Positions 52,257 through 61,254 of a stretch of 64,000 nt of DNA are shown here, piece by piece. The position numbers were made by a program, and so were the translations under genes. The DNA comes from Alistipes sp. (lineage in GTDB: Bacteria; Bacteroidota; Bacteroidia; Bacteroidales; Rikenellaceae): contig JAHHQN010000011.1 in NCBI GenBank assembly GCA_020026375.1, positions 567 through 64,566 on the forward strand. The letters run 5' to 3'. Below the pieces are notes generated by a model, which had not been told where the DNA came from, searched no databases, and saw only the letters and a list, made by a program, of their open reading frames with translations. The first letter of the stretch is position 1. Every line of letters starts with the position of its first letter.

Positions 52257-54770
52257 TCAGAGGCGGAGCTGCTCGGCCTCCTTGCGCTCCTGTGGCAGGG
52301 TGGCTTCGGATTTCGGCTCGCGCTTCATCATGTCGATGGCCGAACCCTCACGCGGCTTGCCCACCTCGTAACCCAGCGAGTGCATCCACTCCACGGTTTC
52401 GGGGTCGACCTGATCGATGCGGTCCGCCCAGCGGCGCATCTCGATGAGCTGCTGACGGTGGGCGTCCACACGTCGGCGTATCGGGAACCGGGGCTTCTGT
52501 TTCACCTCGTGGCCGCCGCGCTCCGTGGGACGGATTTGTCCGTCAAAGACCGTCTGCTGCGACGGACGGCGCGGCTGCTCCCACACAAAGCCCGGAAGTG
52601 TGCGCTCCTGCGTCTCCGGCACATCGTCGATGGGATAGATGTTGAAATTGATTTCGTTTGTCCATGCCATGCGGGTCACCTGACGCTTCTCGAAGTAGAA
52701 GTTGATGCCGCCACTCTCCAGGAAAAAGAGACCCACCACCACGGGCGGCTCGCCGTCCTGATTGTAATAGAGCGTACGGGCATTACTGTTGACCTTGTTC
52801 AGGTAGATTTCGTTGTTGCGGAAATAGGCCGTCATCTCCTTGCCCGTAATCTGGTTGAAGTGGGTGGAATCCACCTCCGAAGCCATCATGGGTGTACCGA
52901 TGAAATTGGCGTAGTCGAGCTGGCCGTTGCGGGTGAAGAGCTCCATCTGCTCCGAGGTCACCTGATTGGTGCCGTTCCACAATACGGGCTTGACATACAT
53001 GCGGATAACCGAGTCGCGGTTGGTGGCCGACACCGAGTCGCACACGCTCTGGAAATCGGAGCGGTAGACCTTCACGTCACGGAAACCCCTCACCAGACGG
53101 AACACCGAGTCGTGGGCGATGCCCAACGAATCCATGACCACCGTCGCGCTGTCCTTCGCCCACTCGCGGTAGAGGTTCTCGTAGAGCGAGTCGTTGTTGC
53201 GGTAGTGCTGCTCCTCGAGCAGGGTGTTGATGCGGTTGAGCTCCGAGGAGTCGACCCTGATGGTCTTGCCCTTGCGGCGCGCACGCTCCTGACGCGCACG
53301 CAGACGCGCCTCGGCCTTGCTCTTCAGCAACTGGAGACGACGGTTCTCGCGCTCCTCCAGCTCCTTGAGACGCGCCACACGCTTGGCCTTGCGCTCGGCG
53401 GCTATCTTGTCGAGTTTCTCTTTCTTCAGACGGGCGGCCTCGGCCTTGCGGGCAGCCTTCTCCTTGCGAGCCAACTCCTTGAGGTAGGCCTTGCGCGCAT
53501 CGCCGACCAGTGTATCCAGCGGGTCGACGGCCGGCACCTGTGCCGCCAGCGAATCCTGCATCGCACGATCGGCCGCCGCCACCGAATCCGCCCCGCACTC
53601 CGGCTCGCCGAGCGAATCGGCGTCCAGCACACGGCGTTCGGTCTCATCGGCCGTCGCCAGTGAATCGGCAGCAGGCGTTGCCGCCGCGTCCTTCGGCGCG
53701 TTGATCTCCTCAATCAGCGCCTCGAGGGCATCGGCCCTCTCCTGACGCTCCTCCTCGCGGCGGAGAATCTCGTTGGTCGACATGCCCTCCACCCAGGGAA
53801 GGGTGTTGATGAGCATGGTGTCGGCACGCATGAAGAGCGAATCGCCCTGCGTGAGGTCGTAGCTCACCACCGCCGGCGTGCGGGTGAGGATACCGTTGCC
53901 GCGCTGCTTCCAGAACTCACCGTAGTGACCGAAGCCCAGCAGCTTGTATTTGCGGTCGTCGAGCTGGATATTACCCTTGAGAATGATGTGTTCGCGCGTG
54001 CGGTAGTAGTCCACCGAGTCGCTCCATATCTCCTGTTCGGGAGTCAGCAGGTAGGCATTGCGGGTGATGATGTAAGCCGTGTCGGCACGGTGGAACTCAC
54101 CGCGGTCGGCATAGATGAAATCGCCCTTCGAATCCCAGATGTGGGTATGTTCGAAGAAATAGGCGTTGTCGGTGTCCATGTTGTAGACCACCGAGTCGCC
54201 CTTCATCTGGTAGTCGTCGTCGCGCATCTCCACATCGTCGACGGCAATCAGCTCGCGCGTGTCGGCATAGTAGTAGCCGCGGACCGACTCCATGAGGTTG
54301 TTCTCCTTGATCAGCACACCGCCGCGGTCGAACTCGCCGATGTTGGTCTCGGTGTTGAAGAGGAAGGAGTAGGTGTAGAGCGTGGCGTCGCCGTCGACCA
54401 CCTTGATGATGTCGGAGAAGACCTTTGCCTGGCTGGTGTTGCTGTCATACTCGGCGCGGTCACCATAAATATAGGTGGTATTCTTGTTAATCAGCACATT
54501 GCCGAAGAACTCCAGACGGTTGTCGGGATAGCTCACCGCCGAGTCACAGGTGATGAGCGCACCGTTGTGCTGCGTGGCGAAGTTCCCCACGAAGAAGATG
54601 GTCGAGTCGCCGGGTGCCACAGGACCCGAAAGGTCGAACTTGTAGTTCAGCACCACGGGCCGGCCGTCGCCTGCGGAGGGCGGTGCAGGAGGGGTCTGTC
54701 GCCCCACACGGGCGAACATGACGCCGCACAACGCCACGAAAAGCGATAATATGGATATAAAACGGCGCAC
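52257..54770 (-). CDS. OstA/LptA-like N-terminal-domain repeat protein with a central charged low-complexity region
   Basis: 837 aa with a GTG start 4 nt after the surA stop. Signal-like N-terminus. Repeated OstA-like beta-jellyroll pattern (ITCDSAV...FFGNVLI...GDRAEYD). No aromatic C-terminal beta-signal, so it is not a barrel-type LptD. Confidence 0.7.
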   Translation of the reverse strand: MRRFISILSLFVALCGVMFARVGRQTPPAPPSAGDGRPVVLNYKFDLSGPVAPGDSTIFFVGNFATQHNGALITCDSAVSYPDNRLEFFGNVLINKNTTYIYGDRAEYDSNTSQAKVFSDIIKVVDGDATLYTYSFLFNTETNIGEFDRGGVLIKENNLMESVRGYYYADTRELIAVDDVEMRDDDYQMKGDSVVYNMDTDNAYFFEHTHIWDSKGDFIYADRGEFHRADTAYIITRNAYLLTPEQEIWSDSVDYYRTREHIILKGNIQLDDRKYKLLGFGHYGEFWKQRGNGILTRTPAVVSYDLTQGDSLFMRADTMLINTLPWVEGMSTNEILRREEERQERADALEALIEEINAPKDAAATPAADSLATADETERRVLDADSLGEPECGADSVAAADRAMQDSLAAQVPAVDPLDTLVGDARKAYLKELARKEKAARKAEAARLKKEKLDKIAAERKAKRVARLKELEERENRRLQLLKSKAEARLRARQERARRKGKTIRVDSSELNRINTLLEEQHYRNNDSLYENLYREWAKDSATVVMDSLGIAHDSVFRLVRGFRDVKVYRSDFQSVCDSVSATNRDSVIRMYVKPVLWNGTNQVTSEQMELFTRNGQLDYANFIGTPMMASEVDSTHFNQITGKEMTAYFRNNEIYLNKVNSNARTLYYNQDGEPPVVVGLFFLESGGINFYFEKRQVTRMAWTNEINFNIYPIDDVPETQERTLPGFVWEQPRRPSQQTVFDGQIRPTERGGHEVKQKPRFPIRRRVDAHRQQLIEMRRWADRIDQVDPETVEWMHSLGYEVGKPREGSAIDMMKREPKSEATLPQERKEAEQLRL

Positions 54771-54774
54771 GATA

Positions 54775-56181
54775 TTACTTTACCCAATGTTTGTTTTCAA
54801 ACTCCCCGTCGCGGTATTCGGGGTCGATGTAGATATACATCTGGTCGATTTTCTTGGTGAGCCACTCCTTGAACACCCTGCCCTGCTTGTCCTGAAGGGC
54901 CATCTCCTCGATACGGAGGTAGTCCTCCTCCATCGAGGCGCGGTGGGCCGGGATAATCTCGATGAGCTTGACCACCTTGGCCATCTGGTTGCGGAGCATG
55001 TCCTCGGTCACGAAGGCGTTGGAAATCTCGCCGGGCTTGAGCTTCACCAGCGCGTTGTAGTCCTCCAGACTCTTGAAACGTCCGAAGTCCTCACGCAGGA
55101 ACTTGGTCACCGTCATCTTGGTGTTGCCGCCGCCGAAGTATTTCAGCACGTCGGTGTTCGACACCACGCCGCCGTTCATCTTCGAGGTCTTGTCGTCGGA
55201 GTGGAGCAGGGCCGCACGCTCGAAGGTAATCGAGTCGGCATGAATCATCTTCACCAGACTGTCGAGCGTGTTCGACGCCTCGCCCAGCTCCTCGGGGGTG
55301 TAGACCGGGTGGAGCAGGATATGGCGGAAGTGGTACAGCTCGCCGCGCTTGTCGAGCAGCTTGATGATGTGGAAACCGTAGTCGGACTCCACCACCTCGG
55401 AAATCTGTCCGGGCTTGAGCTTCTCGAGCGCCGCGGCAAACGAGGGGTCGAGCTGGCGCAGGGTGGTGGGATCCATCTCACCACCACGCATCAGCGTTCC
55501 GGGGTCCTGAGAGTACATGCGCGCCAGGTTCTCGAACTTGGCCTTGCCGGTGATGGCACGCTCGCGCATGTCGAGCAGGCGCTGCTTGGTGCGCTGCTTG
55601 GCCTCGGTCATCGACTTGGGGAACTTGGTAATCTGGGCGTAGACAAACTGGTCGGCCACCAGCGGAATACTGTCGCGCGAGAGCGACTTGTAGTAGCGCT
55701 CCACCTCGCCGGGAATGACGGTCACCTTGCTCACCACGGTGTTCTCCATCTCGCTGGCATACTGCTGCTCCTCGAAGGTCTGGCGCAGCATCTCGCGCAG
55801 GTTGAAGATGGGCATGTGCTGCTGCACCTCGAGTTTGTGAATGGTGCCGGCCTCCTCAATCATGTGTTGGAGGTTCTCCTCCACAGCCGACGAGATGGCT
55901 CCCTCGTTGATTTTCACGGAGTCGATTTGTGCCTGATTGTAGAGCAGTTTCTGGGTCATGAGGGCCTCCAAAGCCTCGTTCACGGGATCACGGTCCGATG
56001 TGTAGCCCTGCTGGCGGCGCTGCTGCACCAGACGGTCGGCATATTCCTGCACCTGAGAGTGGAGAATCGACGAACCGCCCACCACGGCAACCACCTTATC
56101 GAGCATCACCTGTCGTTTCTGGGCCGACGCTCCCAACATCAGCAGCGCAAGCGCCGCAACCATTATACCTTTTTTCAACAT
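54775..56181 (-). CDS. surA: SurA-like periplasmic chaperone / parvulin peptidyl-prolyl isomerase
   Basis: 468 aa. Signal peptide ...LGASA|QKR, SurA_N-like region and parvulin signature GGEMD...LKPGQISEVVESDYGFHIIKLL. Confidence 0.85.
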   Translation of the reverse strand: MLKKGIMVAALALLMLGASAQKRQVMLDKVVAVVGGSSILHSQVQEYADRLVQQRRQQGYTSDRDPVNEALEALMTQKLLYNQAQIDSVKINEGAISSAVEENLQHMIEEAGTIHKLEVQQHMPIFNLREMLRQTFEEQQYASEMENTVVSKVTVIPGEVERYYKSLSRDSIPLVADQFVYAQITKFPKSMTEAKQRTKQRLLDMRERAITGKAKFENLARMYSQDPGTLMRGGEMDPTTLRQLDPSFAAALEKLKPGQISEVVESDYGFHIIKLLDKRGELYHFRHILLHPVYTPEELGEASNTLDSLVKMIHADSITFERAALLHSDDKTSKMNGGVVSNTDVLKYFGGGNTKMTVTKFLREDFGRFKSLEDYNALVKLKPGEISNAFVTEDMLRNQMAKVVKLIEIIPAHRASMEEDYLRIEEMALQDKQGRVFKEWLTKKIDQMYIYIDPEYRDGEFENKHWVK

Positions 56182-56280
56182 TATTCTATATTTTTTCGTT
56201 TTTTATCCATTTGTTCGCGGCACGACCTCACGCCGTTCCACGTTGTCTGCCGCCGCCCTCCGCAGCGCAGGGTCGTCATT

Positions 56281-56400
56281 CGCCCCTCACGGAGCCATCA
56301 ACACGCCCCTTCAAAGAGCCGTCAACACGTCCTCCTCGCGGAGCCGCCACATATTTCCACAGAACGGTCCCCCGCTCTCACGCGGAGCCGCCCCTCACGG
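56281..56400. repeat. Degenerate short direct repeats in the 226-bp spacer upstream of surA
   Basis: GAGCC[AG]TCAACACG occurs twice (56292 and 56316). C[AG]CGGAGCCGCC occurs twice (about 56337 and 56380). GCCCCTCACGG occurs twice (56282 and 56390). Confidence 0.6.
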
Positions 56401-56407
56401 AAAGAGG

Positions 56408-57286
56408 CTACTCGTCGTCGCGGCCGAAGATTCTCACCTCGCCGCTCTCCACCGATTTTTTGTAGAGTTCCTCCTCGTGGTTGCGCACCAGTTCGCTCTG
56501 GCGGCGGTTGAAGAGGATACGGCGAATGGTCGGCACCAGCCGCTCGAGCGGAATGGGTTGCCCCTCGCGGCACACCTCGTAAATCTGGAAGTAGTAGCGC
56601 GAGGCGTTGTCCCTCATCTCCTGCACCACGGCCGTCTTCAGCGCCGATTCGTTGCTCTGCGACTGGAGGGTGGGCAGGTAGCTCAAAAATTCGGGGAAGT
56701 CGACCCACTGTGTGCTGAAATCGGTGAGCGTGAAGTCGTTCTTCTCACAGATATCGTTGAAGTCCTGCCGTCCCGACTCCGACCTGGCGGCCATCAGCTC
56801 CTTGAGGCGGGCCGCCTGACGGTAAGAGGGCGAGAAGCGGACGATGCGTCCCTTGACAATGGTGCGGTCGAGACGGAAGTCGCTCTTATGGCGGTTGTAG
56901 TAGGCCTCAATCTCGTTCTCGGTGAAGGTGGTGTCGACACCGCGGTCGACGTAATACTGTTCGAGCTTGCGAATCAGCAGTGCCTGGCGGTACTCCTCCA
57001 CCATCTTGTCGATGTCCTGCTGCGACGAGGAGAAAAGGGTCTCCGCCTCGTTGAGCTTGACCTGTTTGCGCACCCAGCGGTTGACATACATCTCCACCAA
57101 TGCCACACTGTCGTCGCCCGACACACCGGCAGGCACCACCGTACTCACATCTCTCAACTTGAGTTCGGTCTTGCCCACACGCGCCAGACTCTCGTCGCTG
57201 TCGAAGTAGCCGGGCAGCCGTTTGCAGCCGCTCAACGAGAGCGCGAGAAGGGCGAAAATCGCTATTTTATTAATACTTGGGTTCAT
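56408..57286 (-). CDS. SurA_N-like chaperone lipoprotein (no clear PPIase signature)
   Basis: ATG at 57286 gives MNPSINKIAIFALLALSLSGC (lipobox). 292 aa. The track start at 57292 is a TTG. Confidence 0.65.
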   Translation of the reverse strand: MNPSINKIAIFALLALSLSGCKRLPGYFDSDESLARVGKTELKLRDVSTVVPAGVSGDDSVALVEMYVNRWVRKQVKLNEAETLFSSSQQDIDKMVEEYRQALLIRKLEQYYVDRGVDTTFTENEIEAYYNRHKSDFRLDRTIVKGRIVRFSPSYRQAARLKELMAARSESGRQDFNDICEKNDFTLTDFSTQWVDFPEFLSYLPTLQSQSNESALKTAVVQEMRDNASRYYFQIYEVCREGQPIPLERLVPTIRRILFNRRQSELVRNHEEELYKKSVESGEVRIFGRDDE

Positions 57287-57296
57287 TTCCAACTGA

Positions 57297-57304
57297 CAAA
57301 GATA
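57297..57304 (-). promoter_or_regulatory. -7 box TATCTTTG just upstream of the SurA_N-like gene
   Basis: The plus strand reads CAAAGATA at 57297-57304. 10 nt separate it from the ATG at 57286. Confidence 0.5.
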
Positions 57305-57366
57305 CTCTTTTTACCTTATAAGTAACGCCACACGAGGGTGAATATTACGATTTTTGAAGTAAAAAT

Positions 57367-58299
57367 TTACTTTTCAGCCTTCATATTGCGGATACTCCGC
57401 CACATCATATATCCCGAAATCACCGAGAAGACCACCGCCGCGGCATAGATGCAGATGTAGAGGAAGTGGTTGTCCACCAGATTGATGAGCATCTTGTCGG
57501 AGAAGCCGGCCATGAGCATGACATAGGCCAGCGCGTTGTTCAGGGCATGGAGGATAATCACCGCCCAAATCGAGCGGGTCTCGATGTAGACATAGCCCAA
57601 GATGAGACCGATGATGAAGGCGTTGACCACCTGAAGGGGTTGCAGGTGCATCAGGCCGAAGAAGAGCGAGGAGAGGAACCACGCCACGGCCACACCGTAA
57701 CGCTTGCGCAACGACCCCAGAATCAGGCCTCTGCACAGCAGCTCCTCCAGCACGGGCGCGCAGACCACCAGCGAGAAAATCGCCCAGCCGCCGCGTCCCA
57801 CCATCGAGAGGTCGGGTTGCGGAAGATACTTGAACACCGGCTCGCAGACCACGCCCACGGCCAGCATGAAGACAAACGCCCAGAGCAGCAGCACGGGGTT
57901 GAAGCCCGCCGCCGAGAACTCCGCCACGGGACCGCGGCCGCCGCGCGAATAGCGGTAGACCAGGGCGAAGAGGTAGGTGGGCAGCATCGCTCCCAGATAG
58001 GTCATCGCCAGCAGGAAGCCCTGCCGACGGGGGTCGACGGTCTCCACTGCCGCCGAGGCATCGCCTCCCGAGACTCCGTTAAGGACAATGGCCGCCAGCG
58101 CCACCACAATCTGCAGTCCCACCAGCATGCCGAACACGGCCAGCAGGTCGCCGATGGTGGGGAACGGCTTGCGCAGGGTCTTGTTGTCGAAGGCCTCTCC
58201 CGACGAGGCCGTATCGCCCGCCGCGGCAGGCTGCTCGTTATCTACGTTTTCGGACTTTTCCACAGGGGTCAGGTCACGCTCCTTGTTGTCAGTTTCCAT
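57367..58299 (-). CDS. CPBP-family (CAAX-type) intramembrane glutamic protease
   Basis: ATG at 58299 gives METDNKERD... 310 aa. Motifs EELLCRGL, FGLMHL and HALNN. The track start at 58344 is a TTG located upstream of the promoter box. Confidence 0.85.
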   Translation of the reverse strand: METDNKERDLTPVEKSENVDNEQPAAAGDTASSGEAFDNKTLRKPFPTIGDLLAVFGMLVGLQIVVALAAIVLNGVSGGDASAAVETVDPRRQGFLLAMTYLGAMLPTYLFALVYRYSRGGRGPVAEFSAAGFNPVLLLWAFVFMLAVGVVCEPVFKYLPQPDLSMVGRGGWAIFSLVVCAPVLEELLCRGLILGSLRKRYGVAVAWFLSSLFFGLMHLQPLQVVNAFIIGLILGYVYIETRSIWAVIILHALNNALAYVMLMAGFSDKMLINLVDNHFLYICIYAAAVVFSVISGYMMWRSIRNMKAEK

Positions 58300-58321
58300 A
58301 TTATAAGTATGTTTTATTCTC

Positions 58322-58329
58322 CAAAGGTA
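58322..58329 (-). promoter_or_regulatory. -7 box TACCTTTG, candidate CPBP gene promoter
   Basis: The plus strand reads CAAAGGTA at 58322-58329, 22 nt upstream of the ATG at 58299. Confidence 0.5.
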
Positions 58330-58371
58330 ATCAATTTTCGGCAATGGTTATGGATTTCCATTTAAAATCCT

Positions 58372-58379
58372 TAAATTTG
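58372..58379 (+). promoter_or_regulatory. -7 box TAAATTTG, candidate parAB promoter
   Basis: TAAATTTG at 58372-58379, 25 nt upstream of the parA ATG at 58405. Confidence 0.5.
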
Positions 58380-58404
58380 CCCGAATATAATCCGAAAATA
58401 AATC

Positions 58405-59163
58405 ATGGCAAAGGTTATAGCATTGGCCAATCAGAAAGGCGGTGTGGGCAAAACCACCACAGCAATCAATTTATCGGCATCACTGGCCCTGCTGGGCAAA
58501 AAGGTGTTGCTCATCGACGCAGACCCCCAGGCAAACGCCACCTCGGGTCTGGGATTCGACATCGATTTGGTAGGCATCTACGAGTGTATGATCGGCACAC
58601 AGGAGGCCCGCGACGTCATCATGCAGTCCCCCGACATCAAGAACCTGTGGGTGCTGCCCTCGTCCATCGACCTGGTGGCCGCCGACGCCGAACTGCCCAA
58701 GATGGAGAATGCACACTATGCCATGAAACGTATCGTCAACTCCGTGAGAGAGGACTACGACTACATCTTCATCGACTGCTCCCCCTCGCTGGGCTACACC
58801 ACCGTCAATATCCTCACCGCCGCCGACACGGTACTCATTCCCGTGCAGTGCGAATACCTCGCGCTCGAGGGTCTGTCGAAACTGCTCAGCACCATACGCA
58901 AGGTCAAGGGCGCTCTCAACCCCCAGCTCGACATCGAAGGCTTCCTGCTGACGATGTATATGCGCAACCGCCTCAACAACCAGGTGGTCACCGAGGTCAG
59001 GGAACACTTCCGCGATTTGGCCTACGACACAATAATCCAGCGCAATATCCGTTTGGGTGAAGCCCCCTCACACGGCAAACCCATCATGCTTTACGACGCC
59101 AGCGCGTCGGGTTCGGTCAACTACCTCAACCTGGCACGCGAGTTCCTCAAGCGCAACAAATAG
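58405..59163 (+). CDS. parA: Chromosome partitioning ATPase ParA (Soj)
   Basis: 252 aa. Deviant Walker [11 protein letters not shown], and DCSPSLG. Confidence 0.95.
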   Translation: MAKVIALANQKGGVGKTTTAINLSASLALLGKKVLLIDADPQANATSGLGFDIDLVGIYECMIGTQEARDVIMQSPDIKNLWVLPSSIDLVAADAELPKMENAHYAMKRIVNSVREDYDYIFIDCSPSLGYTTVNILTAADTVLIPVQCEYLALEGLSKLLSTIRKVKGALNPQLDIEGFLLTMYMRNRLNNQVVTEVREHFRDLAYDTIIQRNIRLGEAPSHGKPIMLYDASASGSVNYLNLAREFLKRNK

Positions 59164-59185
59164 TATAAAAAACAGACACTACGAT

Positions 59186-60070
59186 ATGAAAAAACAAAAG
59201 GGATTAGGTCGCGGACTCGATGCCATCTTCGGTGCCGATGCCATCGACGACATCGACATCAAGCTCAAACCCATGAGCAAAATGACTGAAATCGATATCC
59301 GAGACATAATACCCAACCCCAATCAGCCGCGTACCCATTTCGAAGAGGAGGCCCTCGATGAGCTGGCCGACTCGATTCGTCAACTGGGCATCATACAACC
59401 CGTCACCGTCCGCGAACAGCAGGGCGACGGCCGCTATGTCATCATCAGCGGCGAACGTCGCTGGAGAGCGGCTCAGCGCGCCGGACTGCGCACCATGCCC
59501 GTATATATCCGCGAGGTCGACGACGAAAACCTCCATGCCATGGCTCTGGTCGAGAATATCCAGCGCCAGGACCTCAACGCCATAGAAATCGCACTGGGCA
59601 TGCAGCGTCTGATTGACGAATGCCACCTCACGCAGGACTCGCTCTCCGAAAAGGTGGGCAAGAAACGCTCGTCGGTGACCAACTACCTCCGCCTGCTCAA
59701 ACTCCCCGACCAGATTCAGCTGGCCATCAAGGAGGGAATCATCTCGATGGGACACGCCAAGGCCATCGCCGGAGCACCCGACGAGGAACAGCTCCTCGTA
59801 CTCAAGAAATGTATCCGCCGCTCGCTCTCCGTACGCCAGACCGAAGACCTGGTGCGCCTGATGAACGAGAAGGCCAATGCCGAAGAACAACCCGCCGAAG
59901 AGGAGGAGTATCCCGAAAGCTACTCGCGTCTGGTCGAACAGCTCGAACACTTCTTCTCGGAGGACATCGCCATCAAACGTTCGAAGAACGGAGGCGGAAA
60001 AATTACCATTGGTTTCACCGACGACAAGGACATCGAAGAGTTTGTACACCGTTTCGCATCGCGTTCATAG
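59186..60070 (+). CDS. parB: Chromosome partitioning protein ParB (Spo0J)
   Basis: ATG at 59186 gives MKKQKGLGRGLDAIFG. Also contains PNPNQPRT, the GERRWRAA arginine patch and an HTH. 294 aa. Confidence 0.95.
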   Translation: MKKQKGLGRGLDAIFGADAIDDIDIKLKPMSKMTEIDIRDIIPNPNQPRTHFEEEALDELADSIRQLGIIQPVTVREQQGDGRYVIISGERRWRAAQRAGLRTMPVYIREVDDENLHAMALVENIQRQDLNAIEIALGMQRLIDECHLTQDSLSEKVGKKRSSVTNYLRLLKLPDQIQLAIKEGIISMGHAKAIAGAPDEEQLLVLKKCIRRSLSVRQTEDLVRLMNEKANAEEQPAEEEEYPESYSRLVEQLEHFFSEDIAIKRSKNGGGKITIGFTDDKDIEEFVHRFASRS

Positions 60071-60076
60071 ATTGAC

Positions 60077-61246
60077 ATGACTCCCAAGAACATCAAATAC
60101 CTGCTGCTGCTCTGTCTGGCACTGACGGGCATTCGCTCCGTGGCACAACAGTTCCACCGCGGCGAACGAACCATCATACGCGGAGGCCTCATGCCGCAAA
60201 GCGACTCGCTGCGCCTGCAGCGCGACTCGCTGGCCTATGCCGCTCTGGCCGTCGAAATCGACAAGTCCATCGCCGAAAGCTTCAGCGCCGACTCCTCGGC
60301 ACTGGCCGCCCTGCGCACCGACGACATTCACACCCTCGATTCGATAGCTCTGGCACAATACCACGCCGACGAGGCGCAGGTCAAACGCCGACAGCGCAAC
60401 AAGGGCGAACGCCGCCCGTTCTTCAGCGACTCGATGTCGCTCTCGAAGGTGTGCTGGCTCTCGACCGTGCTGCCCGGCTACGGACAGATTTACAACAAGC
60501 AGTATTGGAAGTTACCCATTCTCTACGGTGCACTGGGTACGGGTCTGGCCATGTATATCCACGAGAACAACCGCTACAAACCCCTCCAGCGGCAGTATGA
60601 GGCCTACACGGCTTTCTCCACGGAGCGCACCCCCGAACTCGACGCCCTCCAGTCGCGCATGATCAGGAGCAACACGCGCCGTCAGGTCTATCTGGGTCTG
60701 ACCATCGCCTCCTACATCTACTTCATCGGCGACGCGGCCGTGAAGTACAACACCAACGACGTGTCACGCGTGAAGAAGGCCACCACACTGGCCTGCATCT
60801 TCCCCGGCGCAGGTCAGATTTACAACAAAAGCTACTGGAAGGTGCCTTTCGTGGTGGGTGGTTTCGCCGCCCTGGGCTACTGTATCGACTGGAACAACCG
60901 CGGATACAAACGTTTCAAGAAGGCATACAGCCTCATAGCCGACTACGAAGCCAACCCCGACAAATATCCCAACGGCTCGCCCGACGAGTTCCACGGCCAC
61001 TACTCCGGACAGTTTATCCGCAACATGAGAAACAACTTCCGACGCAACCGCGACCTCTGTATCATCATCACCGGCGCACTCTATGTGTTGCAGATTGTCG
61101 ACGCCCATGTCGATGCCCATCTCAAGGACTACGACATCTCCGACGACCTGTCGATGAACCTCGAACCGATGGTCGACTACCAGTACATGCCCTCGCAGGG
61201 CAGCAACCGACCCGTATTCGGATTTAACCTGCGCCTCAATTTTTAA
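60077..61246 (+). CDS. DUF5683-like membrane protein
   Basis: 389 aa. Signal ...IRSVA|QQF. Internally duplicated motif LPGYGQIYNKQYWKLP and FPGAGQIYNKSYWKVP. Conserved position after parB in Bacteroidales. Confidence 0.7.
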   Translation: MTPKNIKYLLLLCLALTGIRSVAQQFHRGERTIIRGGLMPQSDSLRLQRDSLAYAALAVEIDKSIAESFSADSSALAALRTDDIHTLDSIALAQYHADEAQVKRRQRNKGERRPFFSDSMSLSKVCWLSTVLPGYGQIYNKQYWKLPILYGALGTGLAMYIHENNRYKPLQRQYEAYTAFSTERTPELDALQSRMIRSNTRRQVYLGLTIASYIYFIGDAAVKYNTNDVSRVKKATTLACIFPGAGQIYNKSYWKVPFVVGGFAALGYCIDWNNRGYKRFKKAYSLIADYEANPDKYPNGSPDEFHGHYSGQFIRNMRNNFRRNRDLCIIITGALYVLQIVDAHVDAHLKDYDISDDLSMNLEPMVDYQYMPSQGSNRPVFGFNLRLNF

Positions 61247-61254
61247 GAATACCG

